Assembly (NCBI GenBank): GCA_903831745.1
Contig: CAIKYX010000130.1
Span: 5,653-69,652, forward strand
Reading direction: 5' to 3'
Source of the DNA: Oligoflexia bacterium
Lineage (GTDB): Bacteria; Bdellovibrionota; UBA1018; CAIMNF01
Length of the DNA: 64,000 bases
The stretch's first letter is position 1, and each line of letters begins with the position of its first letter. Both the position numbers and the translations under genes were made by a program. Under the pieces are notes generated by a model. It searched no databases and was not told where the DNA came from. It was given only the letters and a program-made list of their open reading frames with translations. Of this stretch, positions 21,301 to 29,659 are shown one piece after another.

Positions 21301-22569
21301 CTACATGCTCCATTTCAAGGCATCGACCGGAGATCTTCGCGCAATTTTAAGTGCGGGTCCCACGGTCGCCAGAAAACAAATGACAAATGCCATTAAAGCA
21401 ATCGCACTCCACTCTGTCCAGCGAATCACCACCGGAAGGTATTCTAGATGATAAATCTCGGCAGGAAGCTGGATCAAATGTGTTTTTCCTAAGATGAATA
21501 CCCCGATCAAAGACACAACGATGCCCGCAAAGGTTCCCATCAGGCCAAAAAACGATCCGATCCAAGAGAACAAGATGAACTGATCGGCGCGACGCACCCC
21601 CATCACCCGAAGAATGGCGATTTCGCGTTCCTTCTCGTAGACCATCATCAAAAGCGCACTGACCACATTAAAGGCCGCTACGATCATGATAATAGTGAGC
21701 AATATCGAAATGACCGCTTTCTCTAGCGTAATGGCATAGAGAAGGTTTTTATTAAGCTGGCTCCAATCCCGCACTCGGTACGGAAATCCAAAATGTTGCG
21801 AAAGTTCGCCCGCTTCTTGAGCGGCATTCACCCCGTCCTTGAGCTTGATTCGAAAGGAAGTAATCCAATTCTTCGGCGCACTGCTTTCATCAGACTGGCT
21901 GTCATTCAGAACCAAGGCCTGAACCGAGCTGAGCGGCGCATACGCATATTTTGAATCATAATCATACATTCCAAGATGCACGATGCCGACCACACTGAAA
22001 TCACGAACCCGAGGCGCGCCATAGCCGCCTTCATGATCTGCGTCCGAGAACGGCAGAATGACCCGAACCGAATCATGGGTTTTTACGCCAAGACGCTCGG
22101 CCAGTGCACTTCCGAGGACGATTTCATTGTCATGAGTCGGCATACTTCCGCCCGGAACCAATCGATCAGCCACCGAAATGACTTCGCCCCAAGACTCGAG
22201 CTCAACCCCTTCAATCGCTCCCCCTGCCACCCCTTCGGGACCATTGAACATCACTTCACTGACGAAAGAACCGGTGATCGCCTGCAAATGGGGGGTAAAT
22301 TCGCGGATTTTTCGCTCTAGCTCTGCCCGATCCCGAATCGGGGCCGAGCGGGTATAAAACAAAATGTCGCCTTGAGTGCCTGAAATCACTCTCGTGAGTT
22401 CGTGCTCGAAACCATTTACCACGCTCGTTACCAAGAGAAGAGCGAGCACGCCGACACAAACGCCCAAGATCGAAACAAAAGTAATGAAGGAGAGTGAATT
22501 ACCGCGGGATTTAGAGGCCAGGAAACGGATTGCAACTTCGAGAGAAAGTTTGAATCGTTGAAGCAGCAA
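21301..22569 (-). CDS. Lipoprotein-releasing system permease (LolC/LolE, FtsX-like fold)
   Basis: 422 aa. N-terminal TM, large periplasmic MacB-like domain, and C-terminal FtsX 3-TM bundle (ILLTIIMIVAAFNVVSALLMMVYEKEREIAILRVMG). Confidence 0.85.
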   Translation of the reverse strand: MLLQRFKLSLEVAIRFLASKSRGNSLSFITFVSILGVCVGVLALLLVTSVVNGFEHELTRVISGTQGDILFYTRSAPIRDRAELERKIREFTPHLQAITGSFVSEVMFNGPEGVAGGAIEGVELESWGEVISVADRLVPGGSMPTHDNEIVLGSALAERLGVKTHDSVRVILPFSDADHEGGYGAPRVRDFSVVGIVHLGMYDYDSKYAYAPLSSVQALVLNDSQSDESSAPKNWITSFRIKLKDGVNAAQEAGELSQHFGFPYRVRDWSQLNKNLLYAITLEKAVISILLTIIMIVAAFNVVSALLMMVYEKEREIAILRVMGVRRADQFILFSWIGSFFGLMGTFAGIVVSLIGVFILGKTHLIQLPAEIYHLEYLPVVIRWTEWSAIALMAFVICFLATVGPALKIARRSPVDALKWSM

Positions 22570-22571
22570 CT

Positions 22572-23507
22572 TTAGAGGTTTTCACTTTCTAAGAACCGCT
22601 CGGCATCGATTGCCGCCATACAGCCGGTACCGGCTGCCGTTACGGCCTGGCGATAAACATGATCTGCTACATCGCCAGCGGCAAAAACGCCTGGAATCTT
22701 GGTCTTGCTGGTTCCGGGCTCTACCAAAAGGTATTCTGCGGAATTCATCTCGAGCTGGCCTTTGAATAGCTTCGTATTCGGCTGATGCCCGATCGCAACA
22801 AACACACCAGAAACCTTAAGCTCACTGACTGCATTTGTTTTTAAATTTTTAAGTTTTGCGCCGATCACTTCTTGATCACCGATAATATCTTCCACGGCAG
22901 TGTCCCAGATGATTTTTACTTTTGGATTATTGATCGTGCGGTCTTGCATGACCTTGCTCGCGCGAAAGGAATCACGGCGATGGATGACGGTTACACTCTT
23001 TGCAAAGCGGGTCAGGTAGTTTGCCTCTTCCATACACGTGTCGCCGCCGCCTACGATGGCGATATCTTGATTTCTGAAAAAGAAACCATCACAGGTCGCA
23101 CATGCCGATACCCCACGGCCCATCAACCGGGTTTCGTTTGGAAGACCCAGTAATTTTGCAGACGCTCCGGTTGCAATAATCAAAGTAGCCGTTTTTACTT
23201 CTGAACCGTCAGCAAGAGTCATCGTAAAAGGACGCTTTGAAAGATCGACCTTTTGCACATCACCTTGCTTAAAGCGCGTGCCGAAACGCTCCGCCTGCTT
23301 GCGGGTCAGCTCCATCAACTCCGGGCCCTGAATTCCGTTTGGAAAACCCGGATAATTTTCGACTTCAGTCGTAATGGTCAGCTGACCACCCGGCTGAGAG
23401 CCTTCGATACAAAGGGGACTGAGATTAGCGCGAGCAGCATAGATAGCTGCAGTGAGGCCCGCAGGCCCCGTGCCGAGAATGACTACTTTTTCTTGTTGTG
23501 GGTTCAT
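22572..23507 (-). CDS. trxB: Thioredoxin-disulfide reductase
   Basis: 311 aa. FAD site VILGTGPAGLTAAIYAARA, redox-active CATC, NADPH site IAIVGGGDTCMEEANYL. Confidence 0.92.
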   Translation of the reverse strand: MNPQQEKVVILGTGPAGLTAAIYAARANLSPLCIEGSQPGGQLTITTEVENYPGFPNGIQGPELMELTRKQAERFGTRFKQGDVQKVDLSKRPFTMTLADGSEVKTATLIIATGASAKLLGLPNETRLMGRGVSACATCDGFFFRNQDIAIVGGGDTCMEEANYLTRFAKSVTVIHRRDSFRASKVMQDRTINNPKVKIIWDTAVEDIIGDQEVIGAKLKNLKTNAVSELKVSGVFVAIGHQPNTKLFKGQLEMNSAEYLLVEPGTSKTKIPGVFAAGDVADHVYRQAVTAAGTGCMAAIDAERFLESENL

Positions 23508-23525
23508 AGATGTAACGTGCAGGAT

Positions 23526-23699
23526 TTATTGATCTTCGAGTTCGTCGAGACTGATGTAAGTCGCGTTCTCGCCGTCGTCTTGAAGATTCTCAACATGGGC
23601 TTTGACCTCTTTATCGGCAACAACGTTGCGAACGAGGTTCTTTTCGACCATACGGGTATCAAATTTTTTCTCAATAATAGCTTCGTGAAGTAATGACAT
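23526..23699 (-). CDS. Small acidic hypothetical protein (57 aa)
   Basis: Hand-translated minus-strand ORF MSLLHEAIIEKKFDTRMVEKNLVRNVVADKEVKAHVENLQDDGENATYISLDELEDQ. It lies just downstream of the trxB stop, where an intrinsic terminator is otherwise missing. No family recognised. Confidence 0.3.
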   Translation of the reverse strand: MSLLHEAIIEKKFDTRMVEKNLVRNVVADKEVKAHVENLQDDGENATYISLDELEDQ

Positions 23700-23847
23700 A
23701 GTTTAGAAATTTACTTGGATTTGGGACTTCAGTCAAGGTTTTGTTCTTGTTGAATTTATTACGAAATCCTCGCTAAAAAACACCGGAACCTTGCATTATT
23801 ACACAATACTTGTTAACTTTTGCAGCGTTCCTCAGGAGATTTCGGAA

Positions 23848-24408
23848 ATGACCCATTTGGGATACCTATTTGCCATCACCGCATCGATCGCCACTTCTGC
23901 TCATGCTTCGCATGAGCACCTCGCTGATCAATCAGCCCCCCATGTGAATGTGACCCATGCTTATGCTTTGGCCTCGAACTCGGAAAACGATCAGAATTCG
24001 AACGAGAACCTCGCCCTTCGCAAAGAAATTCTTCAATTCGCCCAAGACACTTTCTATAGCTTGGCCGAGACCACTGGTTTTTTGCAATACACTCTCGAGG
24101 CCGCAAAGACTTTCAAGCTCGATGACATTCTGATTGGAATTCCTACGAGCGTAAAGAATGCCGACAACCTGGCGACCTATACCGTGGTCGATCCAGCAAA
24201 GAAAAGACTGACTTGCTGGAATCCAAAATTCTGGAGAACCGAAACGCGCCTGCAGAAACGCCAGAACGTCATCAACGCATTTTCGACCGATCTTTATCAA
24301 CGCATGGTTCTGAGCTGGTATGCGGATGATTCGAATCTGAAAAACTTTCCTGCGATCAAGGCAAAGCTTGGGCAGCCGAATGGCGTTTCAGCTGTTACCG
24401 ATCAATAG
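23848..24408 (+). CDS. Hypothetical secreted protein
   Basis: AGGAG RBS 8 nt before ATG 23848. MTHLGYLFAITASIATSAHAS is a signal peptide. No recognisable domain. Confidence 0.5.
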   Translation: MTHLGYLFAITASIATSAHASHEHLADQSAPHVNVTHAYALASNSENDQNSNENLALRKEILQFAQDTFYSLAETTGFLQYTLEAAKTFKLDDILIGIPTSVKNADNLATYTVVDPAKKRLTCWNPKFWRTETRLQKRQNVINAFSTDLYQRMVLSWYADDSNLKNFPAIKAKLGQPNGVSAVTDQ

Positions 24409-24450
24409 TTCAGTTTTTTTAAAAGGGCCGAATTCCACCCAGGCAAAACG

Positions 24451-24480
24451 CCATTCCAGCTGCCACTAGCAGCGAAGCTG
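24451..24480. repeat. 28-30 bp direct repeat copy A (contains internal 5-bp hairpin GCTGC-N5-GCAGC)
   Basis: ccattccagctgccactagcagcgaagctg. Copy B lies at 24849-24876, about 397 bp away; 25/28 positions are identical. Confidence 0.6.
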
Positions 24481-24595
24481 CATGGTAATTGCGTGAAAAG
24501 AATTGCAGGTATCATTATTGCAGAGTCGGCTCTGCCAAACACAGTCGCCGCAGAGGGATTTGCCCCATTCTCTACCAAAGAAATGGGGTGATTCT

Positions 24596-24760
24596 ATGAG
24601 TCAACAAACCACTTGTATGACTTGTCGTCAATTTCAGGAAAAACTTGAGCGTGATTTCCGCTGGAAATTTCGCTTAAAAATCTGGACCTTAATCGTTCTT
24701 GCCAGATTACTGTCTTTTCTGATTCTGATTTTGACCTGCTATCATGAACGATTTCTCTGA
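24596..24760 (+). CDS. Putative small membrane protein with CxxC (54 aa)
   Basis: MSQQTTCMTCRQFQEKLERDFRWKFRLKIWTLIVLARLLSFLILILTCYHERFL. Weak RBS (GGGGTGA). One C-terminal TM helix. Lies between the two direct repeats. Confidence 0.25.
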   Translation: MSQQTTCMTCRQFQEKLERDFRWKFRLKIWTLIVLARLLSFLILILTCYHERFL

Positions 24761-24848
24761 ATAGGTCTTCGGTACAGCAATTAAGAAACCGGGGTTTCTC
24801 AGGATGAGAGTCGATTGTGTTTGGTATGATAACCGTACAAAACAAACA

Positions 24849-24876
24849 CATTCCAGCTGCCACCAGCAGCAAACTG
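24849..24876. repeat. Direct repeat copy B
   Basis: cattccagctgccaccagcagcaaactg. Pairs with copy A at 24451-24480. Confidence 0.6.
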
Positions 24877-25034
24877 AACAACACAGCCTAATCCCAACTA
24901 GCTCAGGTATGACGGCCGCTCAAAATGGCGAAGATGCGAATTGGGCGAACAAAAAATGACTGAGATGCACTGCCTGTGCTTCGAAGAATTTTTTTGTAAG
25001 TCCAAGCAGCAGATTCGCTATTTTCAGCGGTCGA

Positions 25035-25754
25035 CTAGTGCCAGGTTTTGGGGCCACCACGCTTGGGCTCATCATCCTCAGTTCCGGGCACCAATCTCAG
25101 ATGACTTGCATTTCTCTTGGTCGATCCGATCTTGGCCGCGTTGCCTTTACGAATCCTGATTCCTTTGGCCATTGCCCAAAGGTAGAGAAATCCCACGCCC
25201 ATTCCCGAAAGGTGAGCGACCGCAGCGACCATGGTGCCAGATCCACCACCTGAAAATACGGCTTGAAGAAACTCGATACCGGCAAGTACCCAGACAAATT
25301 GCTTGGCCTGCATCGGAAACAACATCATGAAGAGGAGTTCGCGCTCAGGAAAAAGGATTCCATACGCCATAAGCACTCCATAGACACCTCCCGATGCCCC
25401 CATCAGAGGAGGAAGCGCGACCGGCAAAAGCTGCAAAAAAAGATAGAACACACCGACCATGATCGAACAGAAAAAATAGTAGGTGAGGAATTTCTTTTTG
25501 CCCCAGATGGCTTCGAGTTCACCGCCAATAAATGCCAGAACCAGGCAGTTCAATACGAGGGGCATGATGTCAGAATGCAAAAAACCATAGGTAAACAACG
25601 TCCAGATTTTTCCGTGAAAGAAATCAATCGGAGTCAGGGCAAACCACCCTGCGAAGTTTCCTCCCATGAATTGATCAATAATGTGCTGAACAATGAATAC
25701 AGCGACATAAGCTAAAAGAAGTTTTTTTAGGGTATCACTCAAACGAACTGGCAT
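25035..25754 (-). CDS. Rhomboid-family intramembrane serine protease
   Basis: About 240 aa, polytopic. Catalytic GASGGVYGVLMAYG (GxSG) and downstream His in AAVAHLSGMGVGFLY. Start placed at MPVRLSD (ATG 25752-25754) so that it does not overlap the upstream epimerase gene. Confidence 0.8.
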   Translation of the reverse strand: MPVRLSDTLKKLLLAYVAVFIVQHIIDQFMGGNFAGWFALTPIDFFHGKIWTLFTYGFLHSDIMPLVLNCLVLAFIGGELEAIWGKKKFLTYYFFCSIMVGVFYLFLQLLPVALPPLMGASGGVYGVLMAYGILFPERELLFMMLFPMQAKQFVWVLAGIEFLQAVFSGGGSGTMVAAVAHLSGMGVGFLYLWAMAKGIRIRKGNAAKIGSTKRNASHLRLVPGTEDDEPKRGGPKTWH

Positions 25755-25755
25755 A

Positions 25756-26163
25756 TTAGACCATTCCTTCCATGAGCTCGATGAGCACACCGCCTGCGGT
25801 TGCAGGATGAATAAAATTAACACGCATGTTTTGCGCACCTAACTTTGGAGTTTCGTAAATCAATTTGAAACCTTCAGTTTTAAGTCGGGCAGAAATATCG
25901 TCGAGCTTTCCGGAATCGACCTGAAAAGAAAGGTGATGAATTCCGGGGCCACGTTTTTTGATGAATTGAGCGATGGTTCCTTCAGGATCCTGAATTTTAA
26001 GTAGCTCGAGATGCGGAGCCCCTCCTGCCAAATTGAAAAAATGAACGTCGACTCCTTGCTCCGGAACCGACTCGGTCACTCCACGGGTAATATTCAAGAG
26101 TTTAAACAGCTTTTCGAGCTGTTCTCCGTTTGATGCAATGCCAATATGATTGAGTGTGACCAT
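25756..26163 (-). CDS. VOC-family enzyme, methylmalonyl-CoA epimerase/glyoxalase-like
   Basis: MVTLNHIGIASNG...GPGIHHLSFQVD...GGVLIELME has His/Glu metal ligands in a paired beta-alpha-beta-beta-beta module arrangement. Confidence 0.72.
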   Translation of the reverse strand: MVTLNHIGIASNGEQLEKLFKLLNITRGVTESVPEQGVDVHFFNLAGGAPHLELLKIQDPEGTIAQFIKKRGPGIHHLSFQVDSGKLDDISARLKTEGFKLIYETPKLGAQNMRVNFIHPATAGGVLIELMEGMV

Positions 26164-26491
26164 GAGGTCTAGAATAGCGAAAAAAAAAGGAGCCGTCATC
26201 ACCTGTCGCTGTACCCCGAACCAACTCCTCAGTCGTGGTTGATTCGAAATTCAAGTGTAACGGCCCCCAGTCAAGCATCTAAGCTTTCGTACCCACCAAG
26301 TCCTCCAGCCTAGACACTGTTCTGATCGGTGTGTGTCAGCAAAACTTTAATAAATTTTCTGAAATTGTTTAAGAAAACAGGGATTAAAAGCAGGTCAATA
26401 AAAGTCATTTAATAACGAGGCCTTGTGCCCATAAAAACCGACTCACCCGGCGTATTAATATTTTTTTATACACTTTTAGTATAAAAACTAA

Positions 26492-26520
26492 TTGACTTGA
26501 GTATTAAGCCGCCATAGAAT
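26492..26520 (+). promoter_or_regulatory. Near-consensus sigma70-type promoter (TTGACT-17 nt-TAGAAT) on the plus strand
   Basis: -35 TTGACT at 26492-26497, a 17-nt spacer, and -10 TAGAAT at 26515-26520, preceded by an AT-rich UP-like tract. The predicted TSS near 26527 coincides with ATG 26528 (leaderless 64-aa ORF). The transcript would be convergent/antisense to the galE 3' end. Confidence 0.4.
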
Positions 26521-26716
26521 TGGCGCAATGGCAGCGATCGAGCGAGTCACATTAAAATCAGCAGACACTTCTCCAACCCAAAACATGGAGTATGAAGGTT
26601 ATTTGCCCGGCCTGAGAATCAGCGCCCGGCTGACGACTTCGTCATTTTCGGATTATCCGGAATGGTCGATGGACGAGCTTCAGTACCGTGCCTGGCTGAT
26701 TACCGACGGAACCTGC

Positions 26717-27700
26717 TCATAATCCGGATCGAAACTCGCGTCCCAATTCCCACTCATAGGTGCCTTTTACAATCGTTTCAAGCTCTGCATATTTTGGACA
26801 CCACCCCAACTCTGCTTTTGCCAAGCTCGAATTCGCGATCAGAGTGGCGGGATCACCGACTCGCCTCGGAACGATCGTAGTAGGTACTTTTTTACCCGAA
26901 ACCGCTTCAACGACCTTGATGACTTCAAACACAGAGTAGCCGCTGCCATTACCGAGATTGTAAATTCCGGATTGGTTGGAAGTATTGATCTTCTGAAGCG
27001 CCAAAACATGCGCTTGCGCAAGATCACTGACATGAATGTAATCGCGGATGCAGGAACCATCGTTTGTCGGATAATCATTTCCGAAAATCTGAAGCGGTTT
27101 ACCCCCGAGTGCGGCCCGCACGACGAGCGGAATAAGGTGGGTCTCGGGGACATGATCTTCACCCACTTCGAGTTCGGGATCGGCTCCGGATGCATTAAAA
27201 TACCTTAAAATCATGCCCTGAAAACCATATGACCTCTGAAAATCGAGAATCATTTTTTCAGACATGAACTTCGACCAGCCATAGGGATTGATCGGTTCGA
27301 GCGGATGGTCTTCGGTCAATGGAACACTTTTCGGCGTTCCGTAAACCGCAGCAGTACTCGAAAAAACGATTTTTTTAACCTGGGCCTGCTTCATTGCCGA
27401 AAGCAGACTCAAAGTGCCGAGTACATTGTTTTGGTAGTAGGCGGCAGGATCACTGGATGATTCGCCCACCACAATGTAAGCCGCAAAGTGTACGACCGCT
27501 TCAATTTTGTAATCGATCAGGGATCGCACGAGATGGGCGTGATCTGAAAGATCGCCCTTCACCCATTTTCCCCATTTGATGGCGCGCTCGTAGCCTCGGC
27601 TGATATTATCGTAAACCACCGGATTGAATCCGGCTGCAGCCAATGCTTTACAGGTATGACTTCCAATATATCCCGCACCACCGGTTACCAATATATTCAT
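26717..27700 (-). CDS. galE: UDP-glucose 4-epimerase
   Basis: 327 aa. MNILVTGGAGYIGSH, catalytic YGWSKFMSE (YxxxK), and a GalE-like C-terminal substrate domain. Confidence 0.9.
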   Translation of the reverse strand: MNILVTGGAGYIGSHTCKALAAAGFNPVVYDNISRGYERAIKWGKWVKGDLSDHAHLVRSLIDYKIEAVVHFAAYIVVGESSSDPAAYYQNNVLGTLSLLSAMKQAQVKKIVFSSTAAVYGTPKSVPLTEDHPLEPINPYGWSKFMSEKMILDFQRSYGFQGMILRYFNASGADPELEVGEDHVPETHLIPLVVRAALGGKPLQIFGNDYPTNDGSCIRDYIHVSDLAQAHVLALQKINTSNQSGIYNLGNGSGYSVFEVIKVVEAVSGKKVPTTIVPRRVGDPATLIANSSLAKAELGWCPKYAELETIVKGTYEWELGREFRSGL

Positions 27701-27788
27701 GAATTCAAGGCTACACTAAAAAAGGATCGACGACTATTGTACCCATCATTTTCTATATCTCGGCCAAAATAGGGTGTAAACTGGTCGC

Positions 27789-28544
27789 ATGATCAGCGTT
27801 GTGACCATTACCTACAACAATTACGAAGAATTGATTGAAACCCTGGATTCGATCAAGGGGCTTACCTCCGTTCAATCGATTGTCGTCAATGGCGGAAGCT
27901 GCGAGAAAACCCGAAACTTTCTTTCGAGTTATCCGGGTGTGGTCATCAGCGAAAAGGATCATGGCATTTCGGATGCTTTTAACAAGGGGCTTAAACTAGC
28001 CGAAGGAACGGGTGTGATGTTCCTCAATTCGGGCGACCGCCTGATTTTTCGTGATTACCCTGCAGTCGCCGAAGAACTGCTTGGAAAATACGATTTCATC
28101 CATTCAGACATCATTTTCGATGATGCAATCACCGGCCCCATTCGCATGAAACCCGCCCTTTGCTCCGTAGGGTATGGCATGCCTTATTTTCACCAATCGA
28201 TGGTCATCAAAAGCGAATGGATGAGAAAAGCAGGCCTTTTCGATCTGAATTTTAAAATCGCCATGGACTACGATTATGTGATCAGGCTTCAGAAACTCGG
28301 AGCGCGTGGATATTACTTTAATGCCGCACCGACCATTCATATGGATGGCCAGGGAATTTCAGCAACCCAGGAAAACAAGAGCCTGGCCGAATGTTATACC
28401 TCGATGAAGAAGAACGATGTGCTGAACCTTCAGAACCGTGCTGGCTTCGCGCTAAGAAAAGCGAGATTATCGGCCAGACAAACCTTAACCCGCCTGGGCC
28501 TTCCTTCGGTCATCGGCTGGATCAAGAAAATCAAACACTCTTAG
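27789..28544 (+). CDS. Glycosyltransferase family 2
   Basis: 251 aa. MISVVTITYNNYEELIETLDSI...SEKDHGISDAFNKGL...FLNSGD (GT-A fold DxD-like). Confidence 0.8.
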   Translation: MISVVTITYNNYEELIETLDSIKGLTSVQSIVVNGGSCEKTRNFLSSYPGVVISEKDHGISDAFNKGLKLAEGTGVMFLNSGDRLIFRDYPAVAEELLGKYDFIHSDIIFDDAITGPIRMKPALCSVGYGMPYFHQSMVIKSEWMRKAGLFDLNFKIAMDYDYVIRLQKLGARGYYFNAAPTIHMDGQGISATQENKSLAECYTSMKKNDVLNLQNRAGFALRKARLSARQTLTRLGLPSVIGWIKKIKHS

Positions 28545-29659
28545 TCCTGGTCGATATGAAAAAGATCTTTTTGTGAAAAAGCCTGCAGAGACGCTGAAAA
28601 ATCCTGCTTCATGCTGCCTTCATCAAGATATCCCACCCAATTGATTTTCGGAAACATCGACCCGCCAAAAAGCTCTTTAAAATGACTGATCGACACTTCT
28701 TTCGCCGAGGCTTGATACAACCAATGCGGCCCGAAATAAAGCTCACCCAGCTCGTAAAACAAAAACCCCAACTTGCGGTAATGCAGAATCGCTTCCCATT
28801 CGAGAATATGCCGCGGCGAATATTCACGCTCATATTCCTCGAGATTCGCCTGCGACCAACTCCAAACCATTTTTGAAAACTCACCACAATACAAAAAACT
28901 AATGGGTTTTTCTTCGACAAAGGCCACAAAAAGGCGCGCTTGCCCCTGGTGAGCACGGGCGAGCATGGCATCCCAGGTCGAGTGAGGCCTGGTCCACCGT
29001 CCCGCTGAAAGATAATGGGCATTCTTAAAAGCCGCGAAATTCGCGTCGAGTTCTTGAGCGCTTTCACTAGCAGAAAAAGATCGAACACTTACGCCCTTTT
29101 TGGCGGCCTGCCTGACGTTGATTCGGTGCGATTTAGAAACGTTATTTAAGAGCGTCTCTTCAGGCAAACTCAGGTTCATGATGGCAGTATTCTTGATATC
29201 CGAAAGGAATCCATACTTCTTCATCTCGAATCCATTTTCAAAACCCACGAGACTCTGATCGCACACCCCTCGGGTAATCGGGTGACTGATCATTCGCACC
29301 TTTTTTGCCCCTGCTTCTCGAGCGATACCGTAAACCTGTGCAAAAACCTCGGCAGAGATCTTGCGACGCAGTGTTGGCTGAATGGTGACGAACGCAGGTG
29401 CGGCTAATGGATTTCCACCCAGTGACAGTTCGTTTTCACCGGTTTTGGTATTTTTAGTCAGACCCAAAGCACAAACCGCAAGCGGGGTCTTTTCGTTTTC
29501 AAGCAAAATGAATGATTTTTGCTCTGTATTTTCATCAAAAAGTTGATTGTAATGAAGCCAATCCCAGCCATGCTGGTAAGTCGCTTCTTGAATCTGATTT
29601 ACCCAACCATCCCATTGTTCGCGCGTCGTCGCCTGGTGATGCTTGACTTTAAACTCCAT
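28541..29659 (-). CDS. FemAB-family / GNAT-fold acyl- or aminoacyl-transferase (Acetyltransf_6/DUF482-like)
   Basis: About 372 aa, starting at MEFKVKHHQ (ATG 29657-29659; 11-nt overlap with the pseI stop). Two-lobed GNAT-like architecture resembling FemX/FemAB peptidyl-transferases (LFVAFVEEKPISFLYCGEF...YSPRHILEWEAILHYRKLGFLFYELGE). Confidence 0.6.
   Translation of the reverse strand: MEFKVKHHQATTREQWDGWVNQIQEATYQHGWDWLHYNQLFDENTEQKSFILLENEKTPLAVCALGLTKNTKTGENELSLGGNPLAAPAFVTIQPTLRRKISAEVFAQVYGIAREAGAKKVRMISHPITRGVCDQSLVGFENGFEMKKYGFLSDIKNTAIMNLSLPEETLLNNVSKSHRINVRQAAKKGVSVRSFSASESAQELDANFAAFKNAHYLSAGRWTRPHSTWDAMLARAHQGQARLFVAFVEEKPISFLYCGEFSKMVWSWSQANLEEYEREYSPRHILEWEAILHYRKLGFLFYELGELYFGPHWLYQASAKEVSISHFKELFGGSMFPKINWVGYLDEGSMKQDFSASLQAFSQKDLFHIDQD

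Noticed and set aside
24451-24876. Possible CRISPR array suggested by the repeated 28-mer
   Set aside because: There are only two copies, about 397 bp apart and with unequal flanks. No further repeat units or cas genes are present. They are treated as a direct repeat pair instead.
25755-25838. N-terminal extension of the rhomboid ORF (start at 25838) overlapping the epimerase gene by about 80 nt
   Set aside because: The internal ATG at 25752-25754 gives a typical about 240-aa rhomboid and abuts the upstream stop codon without overlap. The extension has no TM or conserved content.
26204-26716. Searched this long intergenic region for a tRNA/tmRNA/rRNA fragment
   Set aside because: No cloverleaf-compatible acceptor/T-arm complementarity, and no GTTC-type T-loop in a suitable context, could be found by eye. 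It is kept only as a promoter/possible sRNA region.
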